Below, in pieces: positions 1 to 12,316 of a stretch of 64,000 nt of DNA. Numbering within the stretch: the stretch's first letter is position 1; each line of letters opens with the position of its first letter. A program made the translations under genes and the position numbers. The stretch is from Catajapyx aquilonaris (lineage: Eukaryota). Where the stretch lies: positions 1-64,000 of the forward strand of contig KZ538368.1 of the NCBI GenBank assembly GCA_000934665.2, in the 5' to 3' direction. The notes under the pieces were generated by a model. The model saw nothing but the letters and a program-made list of their open reading frames with translations. It searched no databases and had not been told where the DNA came from.

Positions 1-202
1 TGGCAACAACTGCGCGTCATCTATCAACAAAACAGTCCGCTCTCCTAGCGCCTCTCCCCTGACGCGTCAGAGCGCACCCGTTCCTTGTCTATGAACCCCC
101 TCTAGATGGCGTTTCCGGACACGGGTTCCTATGTCAAAAATACTTGTCTTGGTCCCCTCTATTACCCCTGAAAGTCTTTGCAGAGTTACAATAAACACCC
201 TG
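1..202. mobile_element. Right end of a Tc1/mariner-type element (truncated by window start)
   Basis: Ends AAACACCCTG followed by a TA run, the same terminus as complete elements at 3046 and 19512. Confidence 0.6.
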
Positions 203-218
203 TATATATATATATGTG

Positions 219-1325
219 TGTCCGGGCATAGTAACTGAAAAACGGCTTAATTGAGAGTTGATTTTTTAAAAATCTGTAGAAGCAGTTGACATCTGTCCAT
301 CCCCATGCAAACAATGAGAAATATTAAATTACCTTTTACTGCAAAAAATGTCAAAGGGCCTAAAATTATTCTCCTGGCATGTCCCGATCGTCTTCTTTTA
401 AAACAGGCTATATTTTCTTACAATTGTATCATTATTAACATTAGACAAGTTCTGATTCTATAATTCAATTGTGCATACTTGAAGGTATAAAACAACATTT
501 TAAAAACAATTTAATCATTTGACATAACCTTGCTGCATCACTCCAAAATGTCAAGACTAAAAAGAAGATCGGGACGTGCCAGGAGAATGATTTTAAGCCT
601 TGACACATTTTTTGCAGTAAAACGTAAGTGAATATTTCTCTTTGTTTGCATGGGGATAGATAGGTGTCCATTGATTATACAGGCTGGGGCAAAAGTCACG
701 AGCGGATTAAAACGACGCAGCATGGCGTAATGAACAATTATCTATTTTTTAAATTACACTACACAGAGAAAGACATGCCATTTATGGATCAAGGTCCAAA
801 AAGTCACTTCCTGTAAACAACACCGGCAAACACCAAACTGTTCAGGTACCCCCACAAGAAGAAGTCGGGGGTGGTCAAATCCGGCGACCGCGGCGGCCAT
901 GGAATGTCCCCAAATCTCAAAATGACCGGCCCGGGAAACATTTGACTTTTAATTTGTTTGGTGTTTGCCACACATCCTCAATCATTGGCTGATCTTAATA
1001 ATCAGATAAGACATGCCATGAGAAACATTCCCCTGATCATGCTGGAGCACGTTATGAAGGGTTTCGTCCAGCACTTGGAGGAATGTGTTGCCTGCAAAGG
1101 TGGACATCTATCCGGTGTTGTTTTCAAGAAGTGACTTTTTCAGACCTTGATCCATAAATGGCATATCTTTCTCTGTGTAGTGTAATTTTTTTTAAATATA
1201 ATTGTTCGTTACGTATGCCATGCTGCATCGTTTTAATCCGCCCATGACTTTTGCCCCACCCTGTAGATATTTTTTAAAAATCAACTCTCTCAGTCAATCC
1301 ATTTTTGAGTTACTATGCTGGGACA
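219..1325. mobile_element. Long-TIR foldback MITE, right arm interrupted by a second element
   Basis: 219-400 is the reverse complement of 558-677 plus 1264-1325. Confidence 0.8.
680..1263. mobile_element. Tc1/mariner-superfamily non-autonomous element with transposase remnants
   Basis: TA-flanked CAGGCTGGGGCAAAAGTCA...TGACTTTTGCCCCACCCTG, ~150-bp TIRs; GDIPWPPRSPDLTTPDFFLWGYL on minus strand and ECVACKGGHLSGVVFKK* on plus strand. Confidence 0.9.
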
Positions 1326-2669
1326 TAGTATTCATTGTATTGATAAGTTTTTGGAGAATCACCCATATATGCATATATTTAGCATCCTGGATAATAAGAA
1401 TGGCTTGCGTGAACCTCTGCCACTGGAAGAGGACTGCAGATGCAGCTGTAGTCCAGCAGTTCACATCTCATTGGTAGAAAGCTAGGCACACAATTCTCTT
1501 ATTTTGTTAGCAGCAGCCTGCAGCTTTTTAACCCCTTCGCTACCAGCTAGACCGTAAATGCCTAGATTTTCAATTGTGCATACTCTGAAGATACAGACAA
1601 TATTTTTTACAAATAATAACAGCTGTACTTACCCATTCATACAAAACACTATGAATGTGATGGGAATAATTTTACTCGTCTAGAAGTTCTGTGTTTTGCA
1701 TGAATGGGTAAATGTAGCTGTTATTATTTGCATAAAATCTTGTCCGTATCTTCAGAGGACAGGTAGTCCCCGGTCTATGAGCGGGGTTACAATCCTGAAA
1801 ATGTCCATAAGTTGGATTTGTATGTAACTCGGGTCCTTGAGGAACAGAGCACATATACAACGTAAAGAAGCTGCTCCAACGAACAGCTAACATTATGTGT
1901 GTATGTTTTGGTTGGTGGCAGCGTAGTTGTTTTATTTTGTATTATGTTTGTTGGTGTTGGGCCTTAACGGGCATGGCTGTTCCGAATAAATCCTATTAAG
2001 TACTGTATGTTTACATGTGTGAAGAACGTAGTTTCCCAATTTTTATTTATTTATTATCCCCTAATGGAAAATGCCCAACAGGGTAAAAAATTATTATTAT
2101 TATTAATTTATTAATTAATTACAGTATTTATGTTGAACTTGGTGTCAGTCAAAGTATGCAGAAGTGATTAAAAGTGGAGGAACAATTATAAATTTTCCTT
2201 TTGTGGAGCCCATGCGTAAGTACGTATCGCCGCAAGTTGGGTCATTCGTAAACCGGGGACTACCTGTACGCGCAATCGAAAATCTAGGTGTTTTAGGCCT
2301 ACAGTTCCCTCACGAAGTCCGATGTTAAAAGAAAGCCTGGCCAGAAGAGTGTGCCCACATTTTTTACACATGGGATTTTGGGCCTTTGGTGGGGGAAACA
2401 ATGTGCCAGTACAGGCGAGTTCTTGCACATTGGTGGAGACCAGGCTGACAGGAAGGAGGGGGTGATGCTGACAAAGAGAAAAGAGAGGGGACGAAGAGGA
2501 GGGGGAGACGGGGGGACCCTTGACCACACCTTTTATCATCGCACTTCGTGAACCTACTGTAGCTGGTAGCACTGTTCACTCCAAGAGTAGCACAGACTAG
2601 CATGGAGTGATATATTATTGCCACATTGTTCTACTTTTCTAGCCAATGAAATTATTGACATCACAGTTA

Positions 2670-2889
2670 CAGTGTGTTCCAAGTATTGGGGTCCTTAGTT
2701 GTTGCAAATGTCACTTTGTGTAGCTTTTGGAACCCAGGTCAAGGTATGCAATTATAGCAGCTGCTACATTCAGCAACACCTAGAAATAAATGGGCACCGC
2801 TGGTGGGGTGCAAAAAGCTACACAAAAAAATAACAAATTTGGTCGAAATTTGTGATAAATAAAAGGACCCCAATATTTGGAACCCACTG
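2670..2889. mobile_element. Tc1/mariner MITE
   Basis: TA|CAGTGTGTTCCAAGTATTGGGGTCC ... GGACCCCAATATTTGGAACCCACTG|TA. Confidence 0.8.
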
Positions 2890-3045
2890 TAATACTCCTT
2901 TAAAACGCTAACACCCCACATATCATTGGACAAAAGGATGTCTCATGTGGAAAGGTTTTGATGGGCTTTCTCCATGTTTTTAAGGGGGTTCTCCCATTTC
3001 CTCATATGGAGGCCACAGCATATCATGGTGTAACCACTTATTATA

Positions 3046-3428
3046 CAGGGTGTTTGGGAATTCATCTGCCAAAATGATGCGGGGTGGTAGGGGGTGCCTA
3101 TGGAAAAAGCACGGCATGGGCCCGAGAGCTCAGCGACGATGTCGATGATGTCTTTTTGAATCCTGACAGGTATGGATACATGCCTGCATCACTGGCTGCC
3201 AGAGTCAGGCAGTTGACCAAGGGTCTGGTAGTGCGAGCCCCTGGTCCCAGCTACCAGCAATGCAGGCATGCATGGAGGTATCCACACTTGTCAGGATAAA
3301 AATTGTCGATGTCAAAAGGTTGACATCTCCTAGACGTAGCGTTGATGGCCTTTTGGACCCACACCATGCCTTTACCATATGCACCTATCATCCAAATCAT
3401 TTTGGCAGACGAATTTGCAAACACCCTG
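3046..3428. mobile_element. Tc1/mariner foldback MITE
   Basis: TA|CAGGGTGTTTGGGAATTCATCTGCCAAAATGAT ... ATCATTTTGGCAGACGAATTTGCAAACACCCTG|TA; arms extend >100 bp. Confidence 0.85.
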
Positions 3429-4079
3429 TATATCATTTTAAAATATAAAGGGAAACATCTTTGCCAGATTCATCACCAAAACCACGATCAAAGGGAATGA
3501 AATGAGAACTTGTCACTGATAAGGTGAGAAGCCATGCAATAAACCTTTACCACCCAGCCACCACAAGTCAAACCCCCCACTCTCATTGGCAGATAGACTC
3601 TCCAACTAAGAGTTGCCACATTAATGATTTCATCATAACCATCATTACGACATTTTCCCTAGAAGGGGTAGTCAGCGTTGAAGGAGCAATTCAACCCTGC
3701 TTATTAACTGAAACAACACACATTTACAACAATAAAACAAGTAATAAAATAGAATAGAAACACAAACCACTTGGAAGACCCAAAGCAATATACCGGTACA
3801 GTGTTGGACATTAATCGCGTCATACTCAGAACTGAGCACGGGGTATGAAAATAAATAAAATAAATAAAAATATTATGGTTTTCTAAGAAATAGTGATTTC
3901 TTTCACATACACACTCTACTGTACTGTACTTACAATTTAACTGAGACAATACAAAACAAATACATAGTACATTACAGTATTTGATGACAAAACAATTTAT
4001 TCCTGAAGTGGGACGGTCGGATAATCCGTGGAGTTGGATAATAATCCAAGGTCGGAAAATTGGGGTTCTACTGTAATGA

Positions 4080-4550
4080 TGGTTGTGGAGCTATTAGTAT
4101 GAGCGAAGGTGAAGGTGCTGTTTCAAAACTAGCCCTGCATTAGCCCCTGGGGTTGATACCATTTCTTTGGAAATGGTGAAGTGTGGTGGTGATGATGTAT
4201 GTATGATGATATTAACTTTTTTGGCAAATTTGTTTAGGGTTTCTTTTGAGGATGGTGTTGTACTTGTGGATTGGAGGGATGCTTTTATTATGCCATTATA
4301 CAAGGGTAAAGGTGGGTGTGTGACTGCCAGAATTATCACGGAATTAGCTTGTTAAATGTACCAGGGAAAGTGTATGCTAAGGTTTCGATAAAAAGAGTTA
4401 AGAGAGTTACATGTCAGAGAATATTGAATATCCCAAGTGGATTTATGTTGAGTAAGACGTGTGTAGGTCAGATTTTCTGTGTGAGAAGTGACAAGAGAAG
4501 TATTTAGCTGTAAACGGGAAGGCTTATGCTGCCTTTGTAGACTTAGAGAA
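4080..4550 (+). mobile_element. Degraded non-LTR retrotransposon (RTE-like) reverse transcriptase fragment
   Basis: Frameshifted DWRDAFIMPLYKGKG / CQNYHGISLLNVPGKVYAK / SGF...CVGQIF = RT N-terminal motifs (W..A.I.P.YK.KG, NYRGISLL..PGKVY, GF...C.DQIF). Confidence 0.88.
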
Positions 4551-4671
4551 TGTGTGCCAAATGTAAGGATCCTATTGTCCACTAGTTCAAATTAGCATAT
4601 TGCCCTGACATCACAAATAAGTTCTGGTGTATTCTGCATTACCACTAACATGAAGAGGTACACTGACTTAC

Positions 4672-4714
4672 ATTAATGAATGGAATGAAGACTTGGGAAG
4701 ACTCATCATCCGTA
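4672..4714 (-). CDS. PACS2: PACS coding exon 14 (TDDESSQVFIPFIN)
   Basis: 43-nt exon after an 86-nt intron; acceptor ttttcccag|, donor AAT|gtaagt; matches DEESSQKFIPF motif. Confidence 0.92.
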
Positions 4715-4800
4715 CTGGGAAAAGAAATGCACCTCCTATTTCACAGACTTAGTATTTTGGAAATGGTGGGCATTAATGTCATTTATTTCATTCCACACAC

Positions 4801-5014
4801 CTTTTCTCCTTGTAGGTGACCATAGCCTCTGCCACAGGTAGTTGCAGAACAGATGCAGTGTTGTTGAGGTACCGGTTTATCCGGTTGACCATTTCCTGGC
4901 AATCAGTCTTCTGGATCTCAGCCTTTTCCAAGAGTTCCCTCCAGCCTTCTACCACAAATGTATTGGCATACGTTGTGTCTATGCTGCCAAGGTACTTGGC
5001 CAGTGAATTAGATC
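4801..5014 (-). CDS. PACS2: PACS coding exon 13 (SNSLAKYLGSIDTTY...LQLPVAEAMVTYKEK-S)
   Basis: acceptor cttctag|, donor AG|gtgtgt; 214 nt. Confidence 0.96.
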
Positions 5015-5212
5015 CTAGAAGCACAGGATAAGCACAAGGTAAGGCAAAATAATGCTCATATGTGTGATTCAGTCAGAACTCTCAGAGCATATATAATATC
5101 TAATAAATATTTTGAAATGACACAATGTTATATACTTATATTTAAATAAATGAATTGCAATATATTACAGGTCTCTTTTTGATGTGAAACGAGATGACCA
5201 GGTTACACTTAC

Positions 5213-5367
5213 CCAGAGGAACTATAAAAAATTTGATGTATGCCTGCCAGTCCGGTGGCTTGCTGGAGAGCTGGTCCACATACGGCCTCAGCACAGAGTT
5301 TACATAACTGTCTGACCCAGCCACCAGCACTTTTATAGGGGGCGGAGCCTTCGCATTGCTGTTGCAG
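5213..5367 (-). CDS. PACS2: PACS coding exon 12 (CNSNAKAPPPIKVLVAGSDSYVNSVLRPYVDQLSSKPPDWQAYIKFFIVPL-G)
   Basis: acceptor ttttcaactag|, donor G|gtaagt; 155 nt. Confidence 0.96.
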
Positions 5368-5556
5368 CTAGTTGAAAACAAACAAAGGGTCAACACACTC
5401 ACAATGTCAAAGGTTATTCTCACATGGGTAATCAAAAATTACACATTGGGAAGAAGTTTTCAATGCTGCAATTGTAACATGATAAACTTTCTCATGAAAT
5501 ACAAAGGGTGGCAAGAAAGTTTCTCCCCACCTTCAAAGGATGGACTTTCTTTAGTA

Positions 5557-6692
5557 CAAGGTTGTTCAAATATGAACGGGACTGAATTTTGTTAGAACAT
5601 TCCTTATTACATACTGAATTCTTTTACATGTCACCCTTCGAAGAACTCCCCACTGGCTACTCCACATTTTTTCAAGCGTTCTGGTAGCTGTTTTATCCCC
5701 TTTTTAAAAATGTGTTTTGTTTGTGGGCGTATCCATTCTGGAACAATTGAGGCGCTCAGAGGAAGAACGGCATGTCCCAACCGGAGTTCGTTTTGAGAAA
5801 AATGGCTTTTTGTGTTTTGCTTTATCATGCAACTAAAGCAATGGACAAATTGTACAAGTGGAATATGTGAGCTTTGACATGTCCCAATTCATTTGGTACT
5901 TCAGCCCATGAAAGGTAGATGGAAGGAGAGTACAACAGCACTACAAACTCAAAATTGGAGGTCGGTTGGGATATGCCTTTCTTCCTCTGAGCGCCTCAAT
6001 TTCCATCACAGCGTCACACCATGCACTCTGGCTGTGTCTGACGTAAGTCTTCCAAACAAGTAGAAATCACTTAAGGTGATATCTGGTATAAAGGGTGGAT
6101 CTGGCAGGAGGTCCACCTTTTTTTTTTTTCCAGTGTGGAGTCTCACATTGTCTTGGAAGAATCATATCCGATTTCCTCCAGTCTTACTCTTGCATCAGAT
6201 TTGTTTCTTCACTTCTGTTAAAATAATGCCTCAATAGTATTCTGCAGTGGTTGTTCTGCCTTCTGGTAACAAATCAGGNNNNNNNNNNNNNNNNCCCCGA
6301 AAAGTCGTCATAACTTTCCCAGTAGAGCATGTCCATTGCGGTTTTTGGGTCTAGAGGTTCTCCACTCTCTGTTCCCTTTTTGAAGGCTTTACACCATTCA
6401 AACACGTGGGTTCGAGAGAGACACTCTTCTCCATACTGGGTTTTTACTCTGCCAAATTTCTAATGGATTGACGTTTTCCCTAAGAAATTCGATGACAATG
6501 CGTTGTTCCAAGCTCCATGGCACTTTTTGCATGGTCATCTCTCCTGGAAATTCCAGACAAGACTGAGCAGGATCCCCCCTATGCTGAACGGAGAGGAGGG
6601 GGGTTTAGGCTTCAATTGCTCAAGGTCGTTAATTGTTGGGCAGGTTTCTTTGTTCAGGAAAAAATCAGTCCCGGTCATATTTGAACCCCCTT
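5557..6692 (-). mobile_element. Degenerate mariner element with transposase pseudogene
   Basis: TIRs CAAGGTTGTTCAAATATGAACGGGACTGA / TCAGTCCCGGTCATATTTGAACCCCCTT; decayed PPYSPD-like LPDPPFIPDITLSDFYL and C-terminal GIKQLPERLKKC..SGEFFE; contains an N gap. Confidence 0.88.
5749..5997. mobile_element. MITE with GAG termini and AATT TSD (Sola-like), nested in the mariner
   Basis: AATT|GAGGCGCTCAGAGGAAGAA ... TTCTTCCTCTGAGCGCCTC|AATT. Confidence 0.75.
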
Positions 6693-6759
6693 ATCCTTCT
6701 TATTGTGGTGATATTTTTAAATGTTAAATGGCATACTCAGGCATCATCATCAAGAGTAA

Positions 6760-7031
6760 CAATAATTATGGCAATAATAAGAGGATAACCTGTGTCAGGC
6801 TATAGTCCTGTGGCCTTTTGTGATCTTCTTTCATACACTGAATTAATTCAATTGCTGCCCCGCAGATGGATTTTGAAAGTGGCAGGAAACTGGAGAACCC
6901 AAGGAAACCCACATGATCATGGAAAGAACCCTTTGAAACTCCTTCCATTTGAGACAGTCCTATGTCCGACCTGAGTTTTGAACTGAGGATCTCATAGGTG
7001 GAAGGCATTAACCACTATGCCACCATGCTAC
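6760..7031 (-). mobile_element. tRNA-derived SINE, family A (diverged)
   Basis: Minus strand TGGCATAGTGGTT A-box, CCTTCCACC, body and TTATT tail similar to 58951 copy. Confidence 0.75.
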
Positions 7032-7145
7032 ACATTCACCAGTGTCATCATTTAATTTAGACAATAACCTAGCTTAAAACAAGTGTGTTTTCCTAACCCT
7101 GAAGTATACACCCTAGTGTCCACATGCTTTTTGACAGGGTTTTAT

Positions 7146-7666
7146 CCCTTTGAGGCCTACGATCATCATATGATGATCTGCGGGTTTTTGAACTGGGCCC
7201 GCTCGAGTTTAGACAGAAGTGGCGCAGTTTGAGGCTCAAACTGCTCCTACCACCTCGTGGCAGGGGGCTCAACTACCATGGCATATGCCAATCAGTTTTT
7301 CCGCTCCCAGCATGAGCTAAACATAACCCCTTCTGCACGTCAGAACAGGGTGTACCGTAAGTCTGGACTCTTAGCAATTTCTCATAGGACAGTGTTTTAG
7401 TATTATTTTGCAACCACAGTAACAATTTTATAGTGACTTTTACATTTTAAATAGATTTAATTACATTTAAAGTTAATTGCACTTTAAATATTTTTTCTGG
7501 AACACCCCGTAGATGAATATTTTCGGCATTTTACATTCAAAAGGACCACCATGAGTTAAAATGATAAATATTGGAACATATTGTTTTTCATTAATATCAC
7601 TCCTACTACAAATTTTCATCATGAAAAGAAAAGAAAATGGTAAAAAAAAAAAATGCCGTCAAAGAG
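7146..7666. mobile_element. Possible piggyBac-type MITE
   Basis: TTAT|CCCTTTGAGGC ... GCCGTCAAAGAG|TTAA; short degenerate TIRs. Confidence 0.45.
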
Positions 7667-8182
7667 TTAAAATAACTTTGTGCAGCATTGAATTTGATAA
7701 AGTTTTGGACAAAAACCTCTTGCGACTACTGAAGATCCCATACAACCTAGACTTCATTTTTGACAAGTTGGAAAGCAGCGATGTACTATATCGCTCAAAA
7801 ACATAAGAGACGATTTTGCATTTGATTCAAGTGCAGCCTGCACTTGAATCAAATGCAAAATTGTCTGTATGTTTTTGAGTGATATAGTACCATCAGTAGT
7901 AGTTCTTAAAGCATGGTCCATGTAGTGGGCCCCTCGTATGGGCAGAGAATTGATCAAACACTCAAATTCTTTTTTGAAATTGCTGTTGGCATATAAAAAT
8001 TTGCCTAGTGTATGCTGAGTGTATGCAGCCTAATTTAGTTGTAGGACTGTTTTGCCCTGCCCAAAGGCAACCACAATTAAAATAGTTTAAATAACACTGG
8101 TCTACATAAAGGTTTCTTTGTCATCTTTTAAATTTGTGGTGACCTCCACATGATGATTGGAAAAATTAATATTCCAACTCAC

Positions 8183-8391
8183 AATTTCTGTATCTTGTTG
8201 ACCAGGCATGTGATGGTGGCCCTTACATCTGCACTCCCTGCAGTACAGAGGACCCTCTGCTGCCTCTCCTGCAGTTTGGAAGCCAGGAGAGGTCCCTGAG
8301 GATCACCAGTGTTCACCAGGATCACATGGTCTGGGATGGTGTCATCAGGAGGCAGGAGCCTTGACAGCTGTTCCAAGACCACCTTGCGAGG
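8183..8391 (-). CDS. PACS2: PACS coding exon 11 (PRKVVLEQLSRLLPPDDTIPDHVILVNTGDPQG...CLVNKIQK-F)
   Basis: acceptor gtgcag|, donor TT|gtgagt; start of C-terminal Pacs-1 domain. Confidence 0.95.
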
Positions 8392-8809
8392 CTGCACATC
8401 CCAAGGAGAAAAAAGAGTAGGTCTAATGAAATTGTATGGTTGGTTGATGTGTGACAGAGGGGGATGCATAGGTGACGGTGGTTTGCACACTGCATCTTAC
8501 ACGAAATAAGTGCTACCTGGGGGTTCACTATATGGATTTATAAAAGCGTGCTTCGTGATACAGGCTGCAATACTGAGTCATCTTTAACAAGCTCTCTCTT
8601 TCTCTCCCTCTCTCTCTCACCAAATAATAATTAACAAAACTGAAAGCACTGTTACTTATATTAGTTTAATATGCAATCATTATTTCAAAATACAACATAA
8701 CATTACACAAATTTATTTCAGTTAATTTTGAATTCATCAAGGCATCTCATAGTAATATTGTACTCTCACTAATTAGTAAACAGTACCATGATTCCTTACA
8801 GTACTGGTA

Positions 8810-9450
8810 CAGTGCTGGACATAATAGCAGTCCCTAATTTTTTTCTCATTAAGGCCCATACACACAGGTCGTCGACGGTTTTGGTTTTTGGTCGCGTTGA
8901 CGCCGCGGACCAATCATGACTCATGTAAACAAGCGCAACCCATTGTTTAGAGCTTGTTTACATGGGTCATGATTGGTCCGCGGCATCAACACAACCAAAA
9001 ACCAGAACCGTCAACGGCCTGTGTGTATGGGCCTTTATGGCTGGTGACAGTGTTGATGGTGTTGTCACCTGGCAACTGCGCCGCCGGTGGGAGGAGGAGG
9101 ACGAATTCAAACATCAGCTCATGAAGGGCGCTTACAGAGTCCTTACCATTGTTGCCACTGTTTATGGGGCGCAAGTGGTGCTGGGTGATGCAGTGACAGG
9201 TCTGCCTGCTTTTCCCGAAGCCTTGAATTATTCCTGTAAACAAGCAGACCCGTCTATGGGTCGCCCAGCATCACTTGCACCCTGTAAACAGTGGTAACAA
9301 TATCAAGGACACTGTAAGAGCCCTTTATGAGCTGATATTTGAATTCGCCCTTTTCCTCCCGCCAGCAGTGCGGTTGGCAGGTGACAGCACCATCAACACC
9401 GGAGCCTCCCACGACTGAAACAAACTGGACTGATATTTTGTCCAGCACTG
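8810..9450. mobile_element. Tc1/mariner foldback MITE hosting a nested element
   Basis: TA|CAGTGCTGGACATAATAGCAGTCC ... GGACTGATATTTTGTCCAGCACTG|TA; internal arms ~9045-9190 and ~9260-9400. Confidence 0.82.
8852..9034. mobile_element. PIF/Harbinger-type palindromic MITE
   Basis: TTA|AGGCCCATACACACAGG ... CCTGTGTGTATGGGCCT|TTA; 3-bp TSD, ~80-bp arms. Confidence 0.85.
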
Positions 9451-10582
9451 TACTATGACATCAACACAACACTGAAATCATATGAAAATGCTGCCTGTGA
9501 AATAATAACATGCAAATTGTCTTTTATGGAGTAAAAGGGGGCATCAGTATGCTTGTTTCATATGTTTCTTAACATATCCTCCTCCTTTATGCAATAAATG
9601 GCAACATGCTGTAGAGTGCATACGAGTAATTTCAATGTATGTAGTAAGTGAAAAACTCCTTTCTGAACTGTGGAACATGGAAGACAGCCCTTTTGGCCCT
9701 TAAATTTTGCTAAGAAAACACTCGTACAATTTCACAGCCCAATAGGAGTCAATAATACTTTAGAAGGTATTAGGGGAATAATTCTTGAAGGATACCTTAG
9801 AACTTTCACAAACTTCAGATAAATGGCATCTGTGTTAGTATAGAGTGTCATTTGCAGACTGGTACAGATTTCAGGTGCCTACCATTGAGGATATCAGATA
9901 TTGAGAGTGGCAGGTGTAGGTAGAGACACAAGTATCCATTAATATTTCCTAAGGCTTTTGGACAAACTTATTTATAAATGCATAGTCAATACTACACTAA
10001 ACTCTTGTGAAGCAGGTCAGGATATACAAGTACAAGGTGAAAAGGTTGCGTTAAAAATGCTGTACAACTGACAGTAACTGAAGTATCATGCATATCAAGG
10101 ACAATGGCATAATGCTGCTATGAGAAAAGATATATATTCCTTGGTATTTGTGTTGGGTAGCATAATTTGTGTAGCATTTAGTGCCTGTACTTTTAAAAAA
10201 TATGCTTTATACCACATCCTATTGATATTTCGCTTGCCACAGTAAGAGTATGGCTTAGCACCCACACACAGCAGATCCCTTTTGACACAGACTGCTTGAA
10301 AAAATGGCAAATAACCTTTTCACAAATGAAATATAGATCGAATTCCATGCATTGCGCAGGATGTAACATTTAATGGGTTTGAAATGGATCTAACAAAGAA
10401 AAATCCACACGAAAGAGCCACAAAACTGGGATTTTCATTAGCTGTAGTTTCTCGGCTTCAATATTTTCACATGGCATTTGCAGTCCATTGTTCTTTAAAA
10501 GGCAACTCCCATTTACTGCCTTATCTGAATCTCTCTCCCCCTCTCGCTCTGGATCACCCACCATAACATACTGACGATGAGT

Positions 10583-10879
10583 TCAGTGGGGCTTTATAAC
10601 GTCGGCCTATTTCTGCCTCTAAGGCTCAACACCGACGCCAGGGGGTGGTCCTCCTCCTGGAAATTTGGCCACTCAGGGGATCTTTAACGTGCACTCGCGC
10701 AATGACACAAGCACACGGGACCGACGGCTTTACTTCCCCTCCGAAGGAAGGCGCACTCTCACTTTTCTACCACCCGGAGAAAATTCACCGACCTCGGCCG
10801 GGTTCGAACCCACAACCTTGGGACCAGAGGCGAGCGCGCTAACCACTAGTCCACCAAGGCTGTCTACCTACGGCCAGCT
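10583..10879 (-). mobile_element. tRNA-derived SINE with a Nin/Deu-like core
   Basis: A box TGGACTAGTGG, B box GGTTCGAACCC; core GTAAAGCCGTCGGTCCC...GCACGTTAAAGATCCC; TSD TACTGACG(A/G)TGAGT. Confidence 0.85.
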
Positions 10880-12023
10880 TACTGACGGTGAGTGTGTCAT
10901 GCAGCTTGCAAAGAGGCAGAATTGTCACCTGTTATGCATTTGGGAGACATGAAGGTCTAGTGGTTATGCCACTGGTCAGCCAAGAGGAACGTCTGGTATT
11001 CCAATCCCATCACTGCCACCTTTGCTTGGTCAGACCTTTTAAAAGTTTTAACTTGACTTTTCTAGACAGAACTGCATTCCTGAATCTGTGTACACTATCC
11101 ACTTATTAGATTTAAAATATCCACCTATAATAACATTATGCATTTGATACAAGGTAACTTGAAAATAATAATACGCAGGTCACGACAACAATGTGCCTTT
11201 CAGAGCCTCATATTGTTCTCAGTCATTGCAGCGGGTGATCCGACGGTAGTGGGATGCAGATAAGGTGGTGGGTGGGAGCTGCTGTTCAGAGAAAGATGAA
11301 CAATAGGTCACAAGCATTTTGCAATGGTGTTTTCATAGGTTGACTGGCCTTCATGTAGCCTCTCACAACTTGCAGACACACCAGTGACAAATCCAACATG
11401 CACAAGCCTCCTCAAAGGTGTCAGTATTTTGCAGCCCCCAGTCATTATAAATATACTTTCAGTCACCAGTCCTATAATTAGGATTCTGTGACATATGCCA
11501 CCTATTAGTATGGGTAAAAATCAGGCAACATGCCACTAAGGAACATTTAAAATAATTTCATTGCAGACTGGGTTCATTGCTTGGAAGTATGCATTATGAT
11601 CTACTCCAGGATAATTTTTTTCTTTGGACTTCCCCAATTTTAGTGGAAGTTGAACGTTCCTAATAATGACAGATGAAAAAGTGAAACTCAGTGTTATCCC
11701 ATCTAATCCTGTATTTCAAAAGTCAGCATTTTAAATTGCTTATTTCCCAATAATTTATGACTTCAAATTGCCACAGGAAACAAGAGGTACCTGAAGTAAT
11801 TTTTCTTTTAATGTTTTGGCAATGTAGATGGTGACTGATTTTTAAAGTTCCCAATTGTTCACCAAAATTATAAATAATGAAATTAATGTGTCCAAAATCA
11901 TGGTTCTCCATTGCATTACCCCATTTTAAGGGGACTGTGTAACATGTGTAACCAGTGTTACAAAATAGTTTATTTTGTTAAGTATCACTTTTAGGGGTGG
12001 TTGTATAAATGCTAATTAATGTT

Positions 12024-12316
12024 AGGCTATTTTCACACGAAGCCACCATGGCAGCGCTGCCGCATAAATTAGGCAGTGCTTCTCTGGCAGCGTGTCGCAG
12101 TCTCGTGTGAAAGGCTTCATATGATTCAATGCAAACACGTGGCACCGCGGTCAGTTGGTGGCGCCAAAAATTGCCCTGCCTGGCACCAGTATTTCTGGCA
12201 GCGCTGCCAAGCACGCGGCCACTACCACGTATGAAAGGCTCCATTTGCAGCAATGCAAAGATGTGGTGGTGCCACCTTGGCAGCGCGTCCATGGTGGCCT
12301 CGTGTAAAAGAGGCCT
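12024..12316. mobile_element. PIF/Harbinger-type MITE
   Basis: AGGCTATTTTCACACGAAGCCACCATGG ... CCATGGTGGCCTCGTGTAAAAGAGGCCT; internal GGCAGCGC repeats. Confidence 0.75.

Noticed and set aside
1..4671. Further PACS exons (expected V.VG..., L.VDYW, DG.EW..VKFFQL motifs)
   Set aside because: No matching translation with splice sites found; ORF 2186-2572 has SPSSSSP but no PACS motif. Remaining exons are probably left of the window.
6279..6294. N run, plus scattered single Ns and very long homopolymers
   Set aside because: Assembly gap or sequencing uncertainty, not biology.
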